Part shown: piece after piece, positions 1 to 11,477 of the stretch | How positions within the stretch are numbered: the stretch's first letter is position 1 | Layout of the letters: each line of letters begins with the position of its first letter | DNA from: Octopus vulgaris | Taxonomy: Eukaryota | Direction: 5' to 3' | NCBI GenBank assembly: GCA_951406725.2 | Contig: OX597823.1 | Location: 31,248,001-31,312,000, forward strand | Length of the DNA: 64,000 nucleotides | Position numbers and translations under genes: made by a program | The notes under the pieces: generated by a model | What the model was told of the DNA's origin: nothing | Seen by the model: the letters and a program-made list of their open reading frames with translations, nothing else | Databases searched by the model: none

Positions 1-147
1 TCTGTAACTGGTTCTTAATTTATTGATCCCGAAAGAATAAAAGACAAAGTCGACCACGGCGGAATTTGAACTCAGAACGTAGCGGCAGACGAAATACGGC
101 TAAGCATTTCGCCCGGTGTGCTAACGTTTCTGCCAGCTCGCTGCCTT
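1..147 (-). mobile_element. tRNA-like SINE, family A (partial, runs off the window)
   Basis: Reverse complement of the repeat GGCGGCGAGCTGGCAGAAACGTTAGCA...GAGTTCAAATTCCGCC..GTCGACTTTG..TTTCGGG, which recurs many times in the window. Confidence 0.8.
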
Positions 148-246
148 AAAAAGTGCTTTTAAATATAGGGACAAGACCTGAATTTATACATGATTATTGG
201 TTATTAATTGAATTAAATTTAGGGAGGACGATAAAACAAATGCACA

Positions 247-460
247 GGGGATAGTGGTTAGGGAGCTGCATTTATAATCGCAAGGTCGTGAAACGAATGG
301 TGCGGTGTGGTTTTGAGCAAAATACATTATCTGAAAAAAAAAAAAGTAACACTGTGAAGGACTATCGCTCCATTCACAGGAAATGTGGTCTCACTCACTT
401 ATATACGGCATGGAAACCGGGTCATTAGCCCCATGACGCCTAGGACTCGAGATAGTAATA
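247..460 (+). mobile_element. Degenerate tRNA/CORE-like SINE
   Basis: A-box-like GATAGTGGTTAGGG and a TTGAGCAA motif, similar to the copy at 15409; boundaries approximate. Confidence 0.4.
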
Positions 461-469
461 TCCAAAGGT

Positions 470-472
470 TGA

Positions 473-506
<34 letters not shown>

Positions 507-818
507 GGTGGTGATAGTGTGGTGGTGGTGGTGGTGGTGGTGGTGATAGTGTGGTGGTGGTAGTGGTGATGGTGGTGGTGATAGTGTGGTGGTGGTAGTG
601 GTGGTGGTGGTGGTGATGGTGGTGGTGTGGTGGTGGTGATGATGATGATGATAATGATGGCGGTGGTGGTGGTGGTGGTGGTGATGATGATGATGACGGT
701 GATGATGATGATGATAATGCTGCTGCTGATGATGATGGAGGAGGAGGAGGACGATGGTGGTGTTGGTGGTGGTGGTGGTGGTGCTGGCGGTGATGATGAT
801 GATGATGATGATGATGAT
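470..818. repeat. Compound (GAT)n/(GGT)n trinucleotide microsatellite
   Basis: Read directly from the sequence. Confidence 0.95.
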
Positions 819-1176
819 AAAATGAGATACCAACCAAGTACCAGAGTCGTTACAATCGACTGTTCTCGCCGGCATAATTTCTTGTCTTCTGTCTATATAA
901 GTAATTAACCTAAATTAATTTAATCTAACTTAATTTAATAGTACATTTTTAATTAGATGAATTAACTTAGCTGTTTCTGACAAGGAAATTCAATTCTAGG
1001 CTCACTTGCAGAGACATCCATAATTCATTGTTAACTGTCAGTCTCTACTTGTAAGTTTTCTTTCGTTATAAACATTCACGAAAGCTGTATCCATGACAAA
1101 AAGTGGATATGATTCGCAAGAGGCTTTCCATACATGGGAGGGAATACTTCGAGATACGTGTATTAAAAAAAAAAAC

Positions 1177-1793
1177 ACTTCAATTTCCTTTGCCTGCCCC
1201 TTCACTTTCCCTTGCGTATCTCTTCAATTTCCCTTACGTACTCCTCCAATTTCCATTGCGTACCCCTCCAATTTCCTTTGCGTACCCCTTCAATTTCCCT
1301 TGCGTACCCCTTCAATTTCTCTTGCGTACCTCTTCAATTTCCCTTGCGTATCCCTTCAATCTCTCTGGCGTACCCCTTCAATTTCTCTTGTGTACCCCTT
1401 AAATTTCCTTTGCGTACCCCTTCAATTTCCCTTGCGTACCCCTTCCATTTCCCTTACGTACCTCTCCAATTTCCCTTACGTACCCTTCCAATTTCTCTTG
1501 CGTACCTCTTCAATTTCCCTTGCGTATCCCTTCAATCTCTCTTGCGTACCCCTCCAATTTCCTTGCGTACCCCTTAAATTTCCTTTGCGTACCCTTTCAC
1601 TTTCCCTTGCGTACGCCTCCAATTTCTCTTGCGCACCCCTTCACTTTTCCTTGCGTACCCCTCCAATTTCTCTTGCGTACCCCTTCAATTTCTCTTGCAT
1701 ACCTCTTCAATGACCCTTGCGTACTCCTTCATTGTCCCTTGCGTCCCCCCTTCAACTTCCGTTGCGTACCCTTTCGATTTCCCTTGCGTACCT
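1177..1793. repeat. 22-bp minisatellite, consensus CCCTTCAATTTCCCTTGCGTAC, roughly 28 diverged copies
   Basis: Direct periodicity; explains the repetitive ORFs at 1093-1826. Confidence 0.9.
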
Positions 1794-2089
1794 CGGTTTA
1801 AGAATCTGCTCCGGAGTTATCTATAATTCGATCGCCAACTCCCCAGTTATCATCGATGAGGCTGTCAGGCTGTCAGTTAGGTAGCACATCCAATAGTAAC
1901 AACAACGATAGCAACAGGTGTAGCATGTATATAGCAACAAACTGAATCAGTATCGATAGCAACAGAATCATAAACACCAACAATTCTATCAAATGTAGCA
2001 ATTTAAGTGAAACAACAACAGCAACAGCAACAACAATGACAACTGCAAGAAGTAAAAAGTGGACAGTAAACCTTTAATGCCCAAAATTA

Positions 2090-2310
2090 TGGCGATTAGT
2101 TGAGAGAATCGTTAACACGCCTGGCAAAATGCTTAGCGGCAATTCGTCCGTCTTTACGTTCTGAGTTCAAATGCGGCAAAGTTTGACTTTGCCTTTCATG
2201 TTTTCAGAATCGATAAAATAAGGAGTAGGTACGTAGTAGGGTCGATGGAATCGTTTAACTCTTCTCTATCTGCCCCCCTCTCTCTCTCTCCTCAAAATTT
2301 CAGGGCTTAG
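2090..2310 (+). mobile_element. SINE family A, degenerate copy
   Basis: AATGCTTAGCGG...TTCTGAGTTCAAAT...GACTTTGCCTTTCAT motifs. Confidence 0.7.
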
Positions 2311-2377
2311 AGTTGAATGTCAAAAACGGTATCGAGTTATAACGGTAATCATCATCATCGCGATCAAGATGTATATC

Positions 2378-2415
<38 letters not shown>

Positions 2416-2425
2416 TTTCTTTCTT

Positions 2426-2458
<33 letters not shown>

Positions 2459-2746
2459 ATGTATGTATTATGTATGTATATATGAATGTATGTATGTATG
2501 TGTGGGTATGTATGTATGTATATATATATATATACACACACATACAGGCACACATACACATGCAGACAGAGTTTCAGAGAAAGAGAGAGAGAGAGGGAAA
2601 AAGAGAGAGAGAGAAAGAAAGAGAGAGAGAGAGAGTGATGGTGGATTAAATTGGTATAAAGCATTAGTCAACGAGAGAAGGAACAGATACATAGATATGT
2701 AGGTTTGTATGTATTTAAGTATTTGTGTGTACGTGTGTGTGTGCAT

Positions 2747-2793
<47 letters not shown>

Positions 2794-2915
2794 AACGCAC
2801 GCACACACACTCATGAAGAGACAAACATACAAACAGAAGAAACAAAGAGCCAACGTCCTGATTCAATGCCACAGATTCTTAATGTTGCGCATCCCACACA
2901 CCCACAACTACATTT

Positions 2916-2962
<47 letters not shown>

Positions 2963-3104
2963 TGTTTCTATTCCAAACCTACGTCTCCCAAAACTCCTCC
3001 GCCGCCTCCTCCTCCTCCTCCTCCTTCCTTTACTCTCATGGCAAAAAGGCATTAGTTTCACAATATAGCATATCTTCCATTTAAGTATAACAACAATACT
3101 TCTT

Positions 3105-3638
3105 TCCAGTTCTATATTTAAGAGATGAGGAATTATTTAAGTTATTTACATTATTTACATTTGACGGATAATTGTCCTCATCTTGTTTGTTGTTAACACA
3201 ACATTTCGGCTGATATACCCTCCAGCCTTCATCAGGTGTGTTGGGGAAATTTTGAACCTGGGTTCAAAAGTATTTTTCGATGTTGTTGTTGTTGTTGTTC
3301 TTCTTCTTCTTCTTATTATTATTATTCAGGTCACTGGAATCGAACTCGGAATCTTGGGGTTAGTAGCTCGCGCTCTTGACCACTTTGCCATATGCCCACG
3401 GGCATATGGCAAAGTAGTTAAGAGTGCATTTTTAGAGCTTATAAATCTAATATTTTTCTATCCTTCCTTAATAAGAGTTCCCATATGTTATCCATGTCTG
3501 CACTCGGTCTGCTTAGGAGGTGGTTGTGTCCTAGCATATGTGCTGCTTCTTTTAGCTTTCGTATTTTCCAGTGGTGTTAAAAAACAAAGAAGATGAAGAC
3601 AAATATCCGTCAAATGTAAATAATGTAAATAATGTAAT
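3105..3638 (-). mobile_element. 5'-truncated Penelope-like element: GIY-YIG C-terminus, fold-back, tRNA-like head, (AAT/AAC)n, hammerhead and tail, plus an inverted tail fragment at about 3575-3638
   Basis: Minus strand 3577-3439 translates HHWKIRKLKEAAHMLGHNHLLSRPSADMDNIWELLLRKDRKILDL*, homologous to 34490-34620. The downstream part matches 4124-4435 and 36472-36860. Confidence 0.8.
3195..3240 (-). ncRNA. Minimal type I hammerhead ribozyme motif
   Basis: ACAC-CUGAUGA-A-GGCUG(loop)CAGCC-GAAAU-GUU-GUGU. Confidence 0.75.
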
Positions 3639-3704
3639 TGCTTCTTTTCTCTGTTTTTGAAGTGTTGGAGGATCAGGCTGTTGGTGTGGGTGGTTGCTCT
3701 TGAT

Positions 3705-3970
3705 CAGTGGTTCCCAAACTTTGTTGGGATACCACCCCCTTGATGCCCAAGCCACATTCCTACCGCCCCACCCCCATCACAAACATGTATCTCTTTCTGA
3801 AGCAAATTCAAAGCAACTGTATTTCATAAATAAAACTTAATGCAATGAACCCATTATTTTGTTGTTTTTATATGAATCGGTACCCCATCATTGCACCACT
3901 TTTCTTCAACGGCCCCTTGGAACATTCCACCGCCTCTAGCGGGGAATACCATCCACTTTGGGAACCACTG
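3705..3970. mobile_element. hAT (Charlie-like) MITE
   Basis: 14-bp TIRs CAGTGGTTCCCAAA / TTTGGGAACCACTG and a perfect 8-bp TSD CTCTTGAT (3697-3704, 3971-3978). Confidence 0.92.
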
Positions 3971-4123
3971 CTCTTGATGTTGCTCTTGCTGTTCAGCCCC
4001 TTGTCTGTCTTCATGGCAAAGACCTTTGACTAAAACCTTCCAAGTCGTGACCATCCCGTTTTTGCTGTTGTTGTTGTTGTTGTTGCTAGACAACATCATC
4101 CAGTATGTCTTTTTAATACAATA

Positions 4124-4226
4124 GGGCCTATGGCGTAGTGGTTAAGAGTGCGGGCTACTAAACACAAGATTCAGAGTTCGATTCCAGGCAGTGACCTGAA
4201 TTATAATAATAATAATATTAACAATG

Positions 4227-4281
<55 letters not shown>

Positions 4282-4435
4282 TAACAACAACAGCATCGAA
4301 AATACCTTAGGAATAAGAACCTAGGTTCGAAATTTCCCCAGGACACCTGATGAAGGCTGGAGGGTATATCAGCCAAAATGTTGTGTTAACAACAAACAAG
4401 ATGAGGACAAATATCGTCAAATGTAAATAATGTAT
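4124..4435 (+). mobile_element. Stand-alone tRNA-head/(AAT)n/hammerhead SINE-like unit derived from a PLE 3' end
   Basis: A box TGGCGTAGTGG 4131-4141, B box GAGTTCGATTCC 4174-4185, hammerhead 4342-4387 (GAAAC mutated to AAAAT), flanking 31-bp direct repeat at 4095-4125 and 4436-4466. Confidence 0.8.
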
Positions 4436-4619
4436 ATCATTCAGAATGTCTTTTTAATACAATAGGATATCATTTAAGGGAGGTTTAACAGCTACTTCTA
4501 GCAGGTAGATCTACTACATAGATTCTCCAGATTGATTGTTGGGTTGTGCGGATGATTGATTGATTGAACGGTGGATGGTTTCTTCTGTTAACGAAAGAAA
4601 GAAGCTGTACACGTAATCC

Positions 4620-4814
4620 CTAACGGGGCTTCCGTGGCCGGTGGGTGTAGGAGGAGAAGGCATCCGAAGGTGGTAGTGGAGGTGGTGGTGGTGGTGGTGG
4701 TGTTAGTGGCAGCGGCAGTGACGGCTGTTGTGGCCGTCGTAAACTGGGCAACGGATTCAGTGTGGCACCAAAAATAGACCTCGGCGGTATGTGAACGTGC
4801 CCACATGTTAACAT
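4620..4814 (-). other. Candidate host terminal exon (Pro-rich reading ...[44 protein letters not shown]...)
   Basis: Non-repeat, GC-richer segment preceded by a pyrimidine tract and CAG; no homology recognised. Confidence 0.25.
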
Positions 4815-5289
4815 CTGCATGAATAATCGTATATAGAAGAAGAGGGGAAAAAACGACGAAGATGAATAATTATCTTCTAACATCAGCAATAAGCTACAGA
4901 GAGATTAGAACTCACAACACAAAGAACTAGAATAAACACTAAGCATGGCTCAGTTTGATAATTTCGGCGATCAGCCACATCGACATCTGAAGAACGAAAA
5001 ACAAAGTTGAGCTCAGCAAGATTTGAACTTAGAACATCCTGAGCAAATACCTCTAAATATTCTGTCTGACGCTCTCATAATTTCGCCAGCCAGTCGCTCT
5101 CAGTTGGTACTTTATTTATCGACTCCAGAAGGATAGAAAGCAAAGATGACCTCGGCGGGATTTGAACTCAGACTGCGAAGCACTTAATTGAAAAATTGCA
5201 AGGCGTTTGGTCGTCTTTGAAACATCCATGAACATCATAGATTCTCATCTCTCTAAATGTTCGTAAGTCGATGAATGCGGCTGTGCATA

Positions 5290-5728
5290 GCTATGTGTAG
5301 ATGTTTGTGTGTGCGTTGTATGTATGTATGTATATGTGTTGTATGTATGTATGTATGTATGTATGTATGTTTGTATGTATGTATGTACGTATGTATGTGT
5401 GTGTGTCACCGTGTGCAGATGTATGCAGTTGTACGAATACGTAGTTATGTATGCGTTTTTGTGCGTGCGTGTGTGTGTGATGCGTGTGTCTTTGAGTTTG
5501 TGTGTATATGTGTAGATATCCATCCGTTCAGCGTGTACACATTTCTCCTCGGTGTGTGTATGCGTGTGTGCGCGTGTGTGTGTGTGCGTGTGTGTGTGCT
5601 TGTGTGTGTGTGTGTGTGTAGTGTGTATGTGTGTGTGTTTGAGTCTGTGTGTATATGTGTAGATATCCGTCCGTTCAATGTGTACACATGGTGTGGGTGT
5701 GTATGTGTGTAGTGTGTGTGTATGTGTG

Positions 5729-5783
<55 letters not shown>

Positions 5784-6736
5784 CTTCGACAGCGCTTCCT
5801 TCTGCTGTTGCTCCACCTCTTCCCCTCTTCTTCCTCCTCCTGCTTTTCCTCCTCTTCATCATCTTTCTCCTCCTCCTCCACCGCCATTCATCTCATACAA
5901 GGAAAGTGGAGAAGAAAAAAAAACAATAAAAAAAAAACCAGATAAACGAACGAAAGAGCAGGGTTATAAAATTCATAAGAAAGACAACAATAAACACAAC
6001 AACAAACATCACAACAGCAACAAAAATAACAACAACAACAACAACAATCAAAAGCAGAAACCTAACAACGACAAGAAAGCAAGCAGCAAGAAAGACAGCA
6101 AAGTACAATACGAGGAACCAGCATGAGAGTGAGGTCATTGAGTGCATTAAGGAAGGGCGAGTGGAAGGGAGAGGAGGTATGACACTAAATGGTGCGTGTG
6201 TGTGTGTGTTTGTGGATTTGTGTATGTGTGAGATAGTGTGTGTTTGTGAGTATGCGTGTCTCATTTGTGTGAACTTCTGTATTATATGAGTATGCATCTG
6301 TATGTATGTATGTATGTATGTATGTATGTATGTATGTATGCATGTATGTATGTGTATGTGTATGTATATAAATATGTGTGTATAAATAACCGAGAATACA
6401 GTCATAACACATTATATACACACGCGAAAATATACACATGAAAACATACATACAAACACACACATATATATACATACATACACACACACACATATATGTA
6501 CATGTATGTATGTATATGTATATATATATATATATAAGCACATAAAGTGCATACCTACATAGATGCATACACATACACAAATACATGTATGCATATATAC
6601 ATACACACACATAGGTGTGTATATTTAAGTGTAAACAAGAGGAAGAAAAGTATGTACTCAATATTGAAATACGAGTGATATCATTTATGGCAAACTGAAC
6701 ATTCATCTGTGTATACAGATATTAGCATATACGTCC

Positions 6737-6812
<76 letters not shown>

Positions 6813-6904
6813 CTATATATATGCACACACATATACCTATACAGATACATGTATATTATATATAGACATATACCTCTATATATTATATATATACATATAC
6901 AGAT

Positions 6905-6956
<52 letters not shown>

Positions 6957-7099
6957 ATTATATATACATCATATATAAATATGTGTATGTGTGTGTGTAT
7001 AGGTATGTGCGAGTATATATATATATATATAGACATATATATATATTATATATATACACATATACCTATATATATATTATATATAAATACACATATATG

Positions 7100-7139
<40 letters not shown>

Positions 7140-7143
7140 ACAA

Positions 7144-7207
<64 letters not shown>

Positions 7208-7642
7208 ATGCATATATATACTGAAGCATACATGCACACGCACACGTATAAAAATGCATGTTTTCATGAATACAGGTTTGTGTATATATGTGTGTGTCTA
7301 TATAGGCGTGCGCGCGCGAAACCGTGTCTGTCTATCTGTATGTCTGTATATATGTATCTATGAATTTTTTTCTCATTTTATATTCTCTTTTCTCTTGTTT
7401 TTTTATTATTTATTTGAAGCTTGATGAAAAAATGTCTGCACAACTCTTTGTATATGTGAGTTGAATGTATGTATATATGTGCGTGTATGAGCGTGTGCGT
7501 GTGTGTGGGTGTTTGTGTGCGTGTGCATACAAACATATATGCATATATAATTCTTTTTATATTTTTGAAATTAAGCGGCTACATAATTATGTAGCCACAT
7601 ACACACATATACATATATCCGTGTGTATGCGTGCGTGTATGC

Positions 7643-7674
<32 letters not shown>

Positions 7675-7737
7675 TATCATATAAATACATACATATATAT
7701 ACATATACATATATACATACATGTATATGTGTGTGTA

Positions 7738-7778
<41 letters not shown>

Positions 7779-7945
7779 TATCATACAAATACATACATAT
7801 ATATACATATACATATATACATATATGTATATATATATATATGTATATATGTATATACATATATATATGCCTATATACATACATATAGATACATATATGT
7901 GTATATATATATGTGTATATATATATGTATATGTATATATATGTA

Positions 7946-7989
<44 letters not shown>

Positions 7990-8012
7990 CATACATATAG
8001 ATACACACACAC

Positions 8013-8058
<46 letters not shown>

Positions 8059-8580
8059 ATATATATGTACATACATACTCGTACCTATGTATATATGTGG
8101 ATGTGCATGTATGTACGATGGAGGAAAATGATGGACAGTAGGAAGAGTGAGGGGTGAGACGGTAATGACCTTCTTAAATTTGAGAAGTCGTAGAGGTGGC
8201 GGCGGCGGTGGCGGTGTTGTTGTTGTTGTTGGTGGTGGTGGTGCTGTGTATAATGCTTGTAATACTGATGATGATGTTGACGGTCGTGATAATGTTGTTG
8301 GCAACGACGCTCTTACTGGCGATGATTTGTGACGCTGGTGGCGATGACACTCACCGAAGTGGCGTCGGTTTGTGATGAAAAGCAGAATTTACCATCATAA
8401 CCATCGGCATAATCTTCTTCATCTTTCACTACATTGCACCCATCGTCTTCGTGATTGTCATTGTCATCAACGTCGTTATTGTCTTTGCTATCGGCATCGT
8501 CGCCACCGACATCCTCATCATCATCACCACATTCCACACCCACCACCAACACCACCACCACCATCATCACTATCATCACT

Positions 8581-8659
<79 letters not shown>

Positions 8660-8873
8660 ACATCATCATCCTCACCAGCATCACCAGCATCATAATCATC
8701 ATCATCGTCATAATTATCACCACCACCACTACCACCATCATAATCATCGTCACCACCACCATCATCATCATGAACACTACCATCATCATCATCATCATCA
8801 TCATCATCGTCATCGTCATCGTCATCGTCATCATCGTCATCATCATGATCACTATCATCATCTTCAACACTAC

Positions 8874-8907
<34 letters not shown>

Positions 8908-9521
8908 GTCGTCGTCATTGTCATCGTCATCCTACTAATGATGAAGACGACATTTACAACGATGATACTAAGTGAGAATACAACAGCAACAACCACATCA
9001 ACAACAGAGAAAGTTAATACAAGAGAAATAGAAGACCGGCGACAACTCACAGAAAGAGAAGCACCACACATTCAAGCTGACACATTCATAAATTGCATCA
9101 ACTACACATACACACATATATACACACATACATACATACATACATACATACATACATACATACATACATACATACATACATACATACATACATGCATGCA
9201 TGCATACATACACACATACATACATACATACATACATACATACATACATACATACATACATACATACATACATGTATGCATACACGCATGCATACATACA
9301 TACATATGTACCTACGTACATACATACATGTGTGTATATGTATATGTATGGTGCAACATACACATATATGTGCATGAATAGACATTTGAAAAAGAGATAA
9401 ATTCATAACTATCTTCCTATCGTTGTCTCTCTCTCTCTCTCTCTCTCTCTCTCCCATATAATTTCCCTCTACACATATAAACTCGTACACACGTATACAT
9501 ATATATATATATATGTGTGTG

Positions 9522-9568
<47 letters not shown>

Positions 9569-9736
9569 GTATATATATATATGTATGTATATATATATGT
9601 ATATAATATACACATATATATGTATATATTTATACACACATATATATATACATGCATATATATAAATATATATATGTAGGTATATAAATTTATGTGTGTA
9701 TATATATATATGTATATATACATATATATATACATA

Positions 9737-9776
<40 letters not shown>

Positions 9777-9930
9777 GATACATACACACACGCGCGCGCG
9801 CATATATATATATACACCCATGTATATATATGTATATATGTATTAATTAATGACCAACAAAAAGAAAAGACGAGAGGGGTAACTTTTAACAAAGGTGTTA
9901 ATATAACGATGCGCGTGTGTATGTATGTGT
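5290..9930. repeat. Microsatellite field: (TATG)n, (TG)n, (TA)n, (CAT)n, (TACA)n, (CT)n
   Basis: Read directly from the sequence. Confidence 0.95.
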
Positions 9931-10234
9931 AAAAAACGTATTTTCTTTCAAACATATATTGAAGACACAACTCTGATCGAATTTTTATTGATTATATCAA
10001 GATCTTTAGGTTTTTTTTCATATTTCCTTATTAATCCTTTGTGTTTTATCTAGAACAATAGCATATCTAAATACATCAGTCTCTCAACTTTTCTTGCCCT
10101 CCTCGAAGCCGTCATTAAAATTATAATCTGCTCATTACTATGGTTAAATATATATCATACAAATAAACACCATTCTGCAACACGTCACAACAAATTCTAC
10201 ATTAGAATTAGGGTTCTCAGCCAGAAATAAAACT

Positions 10235-10588
10235 AAACAAGAGCACTCAGAGAGCACAAACCTCTGCCAAGGCAACACCAACGTCCTCTCATCGATTAGT
10301 TAGAGATAATTTTTAAAATGAGAATATCTGTAATAAACTCGACTGCTCTCACAGTCCACAATACTAAAAATGAACCCGACTACTCTCAAAAATAATCCAG
10401 AATCCTTGTCCGGTAGCGGATCGATCCCAAAATCTAATCAGTTTATGTCAGTTACGAGACCAAACATCCTTAAGAAGTTTCATCCGAATCCATCCAGCGG
10501 TTCTTGAGATATCTTGTCCATGGACAAACAAACAAACAGACACAACTGGAAATAGCACCTCCGCCTTAGCAAAGGCGGGGGTAATAAA
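10235..10588 (-). mobile_element. HINE/DINE-1-like non-autonomous Helentron element
   Basis: Terminal fold-back ACCTCCGCCTT-AGCA-AAGGCGGGGGT, (GTTT/GTCT) microsatellite, sub-terminal repeat ACCTCTGCCAAGG and a small hairpin at the other end, T-rich flanks. Confidence 0.65.
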
Positions 10589-10848
10589 TTATTTAATGTA
10601 TTGAAAGTTTTCTAGTGCATACAAGGAAAGTTTAGCTCTCTGCATATTCTTTATATTTTCTGTATATTCTTTATGCTATAAGACACTGTGAAGATTCTCC
10701 GACCCATAATCTTCTAAATCAATATACTCTAGCGTAGAATTACCAAAAGACAAGACAATTTTCTAAAGAATTATTTATTAGGCAGATAAATCATTCAATT
10801 TATCTGATGAAATCCATAAATTTTTCAGGATACCGATAAAGTTTGTAC

Positions 10849-10890
<42 letters not shown>

Positions 10891-11477
10891 TACCAATACC
10901 ACTATCAACACTTACCTCTACCTTGGATTTTCTTTACCTCTTGGATACTTACCATTGGCTGCACCTCTCTTTCGCGGATCAAAGTGACTTTGCATTGATG
11001 TGAAATCCTTACAAAATATACCACGACGTCTACACATTTCTCACCTTGAACTTTCAACCTTGAACTTGAACTTGTTCGCATAAACTGTCCCGTTTGTTGT
11101 ATTTTTATTTCTTCTTATATTACCACTTTTTTTACATTCATTTCATGCTTCCCACATTTTCCTGAATTTTTGTTCTCCTTTCCGTCTTTCTTCCCTCTCT
11201 GGATGTCCATACTCCGTTTCCTCTGCCTGCACCCCCCCTTTTTTTGCCTCCCCCTCTCTCTGCTTCCCTTCTTTCTTTCCCTTTTCCGTTTGCCCCGTCT
11301 TTTCTGCCCCTATCGCTTACTTATCTAGTTTTTTCATACGATTATTATTTTTTTGTTTTTTTGAACGTTTGTTTTTTCCCCTTTTTTCGCTATCCTTTTT
11401 TTCTATTTTTTTCATACGATAATTTTTGTTTTTTGTTTTTTTTTGTTTTTTCGAACGTTTTTTTCCGCTATCCCATC

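Noticed and set aside
1177-1793. CRISPR-like periodic array
   Set aside because: Head-to-tail units without unique spacers, no cas genes, eukaryotic context
4124-4195. Functional tRNA gene
   Set aside because: Acceptor and T stems do not close properly, and it is part of a dispersed repeat
391-9970. Many ORFs encoding poly-H/P/I/Y/CV tracts here and throughout the window
   Set aside because: Translations of microsatellites that lack stop codons by composition
11244-11477. N-terminal extension of the PLE ORF given in the track
   Set aside because: Non-ATG start in a T-rich duplicated leader; first ATG is at 11478
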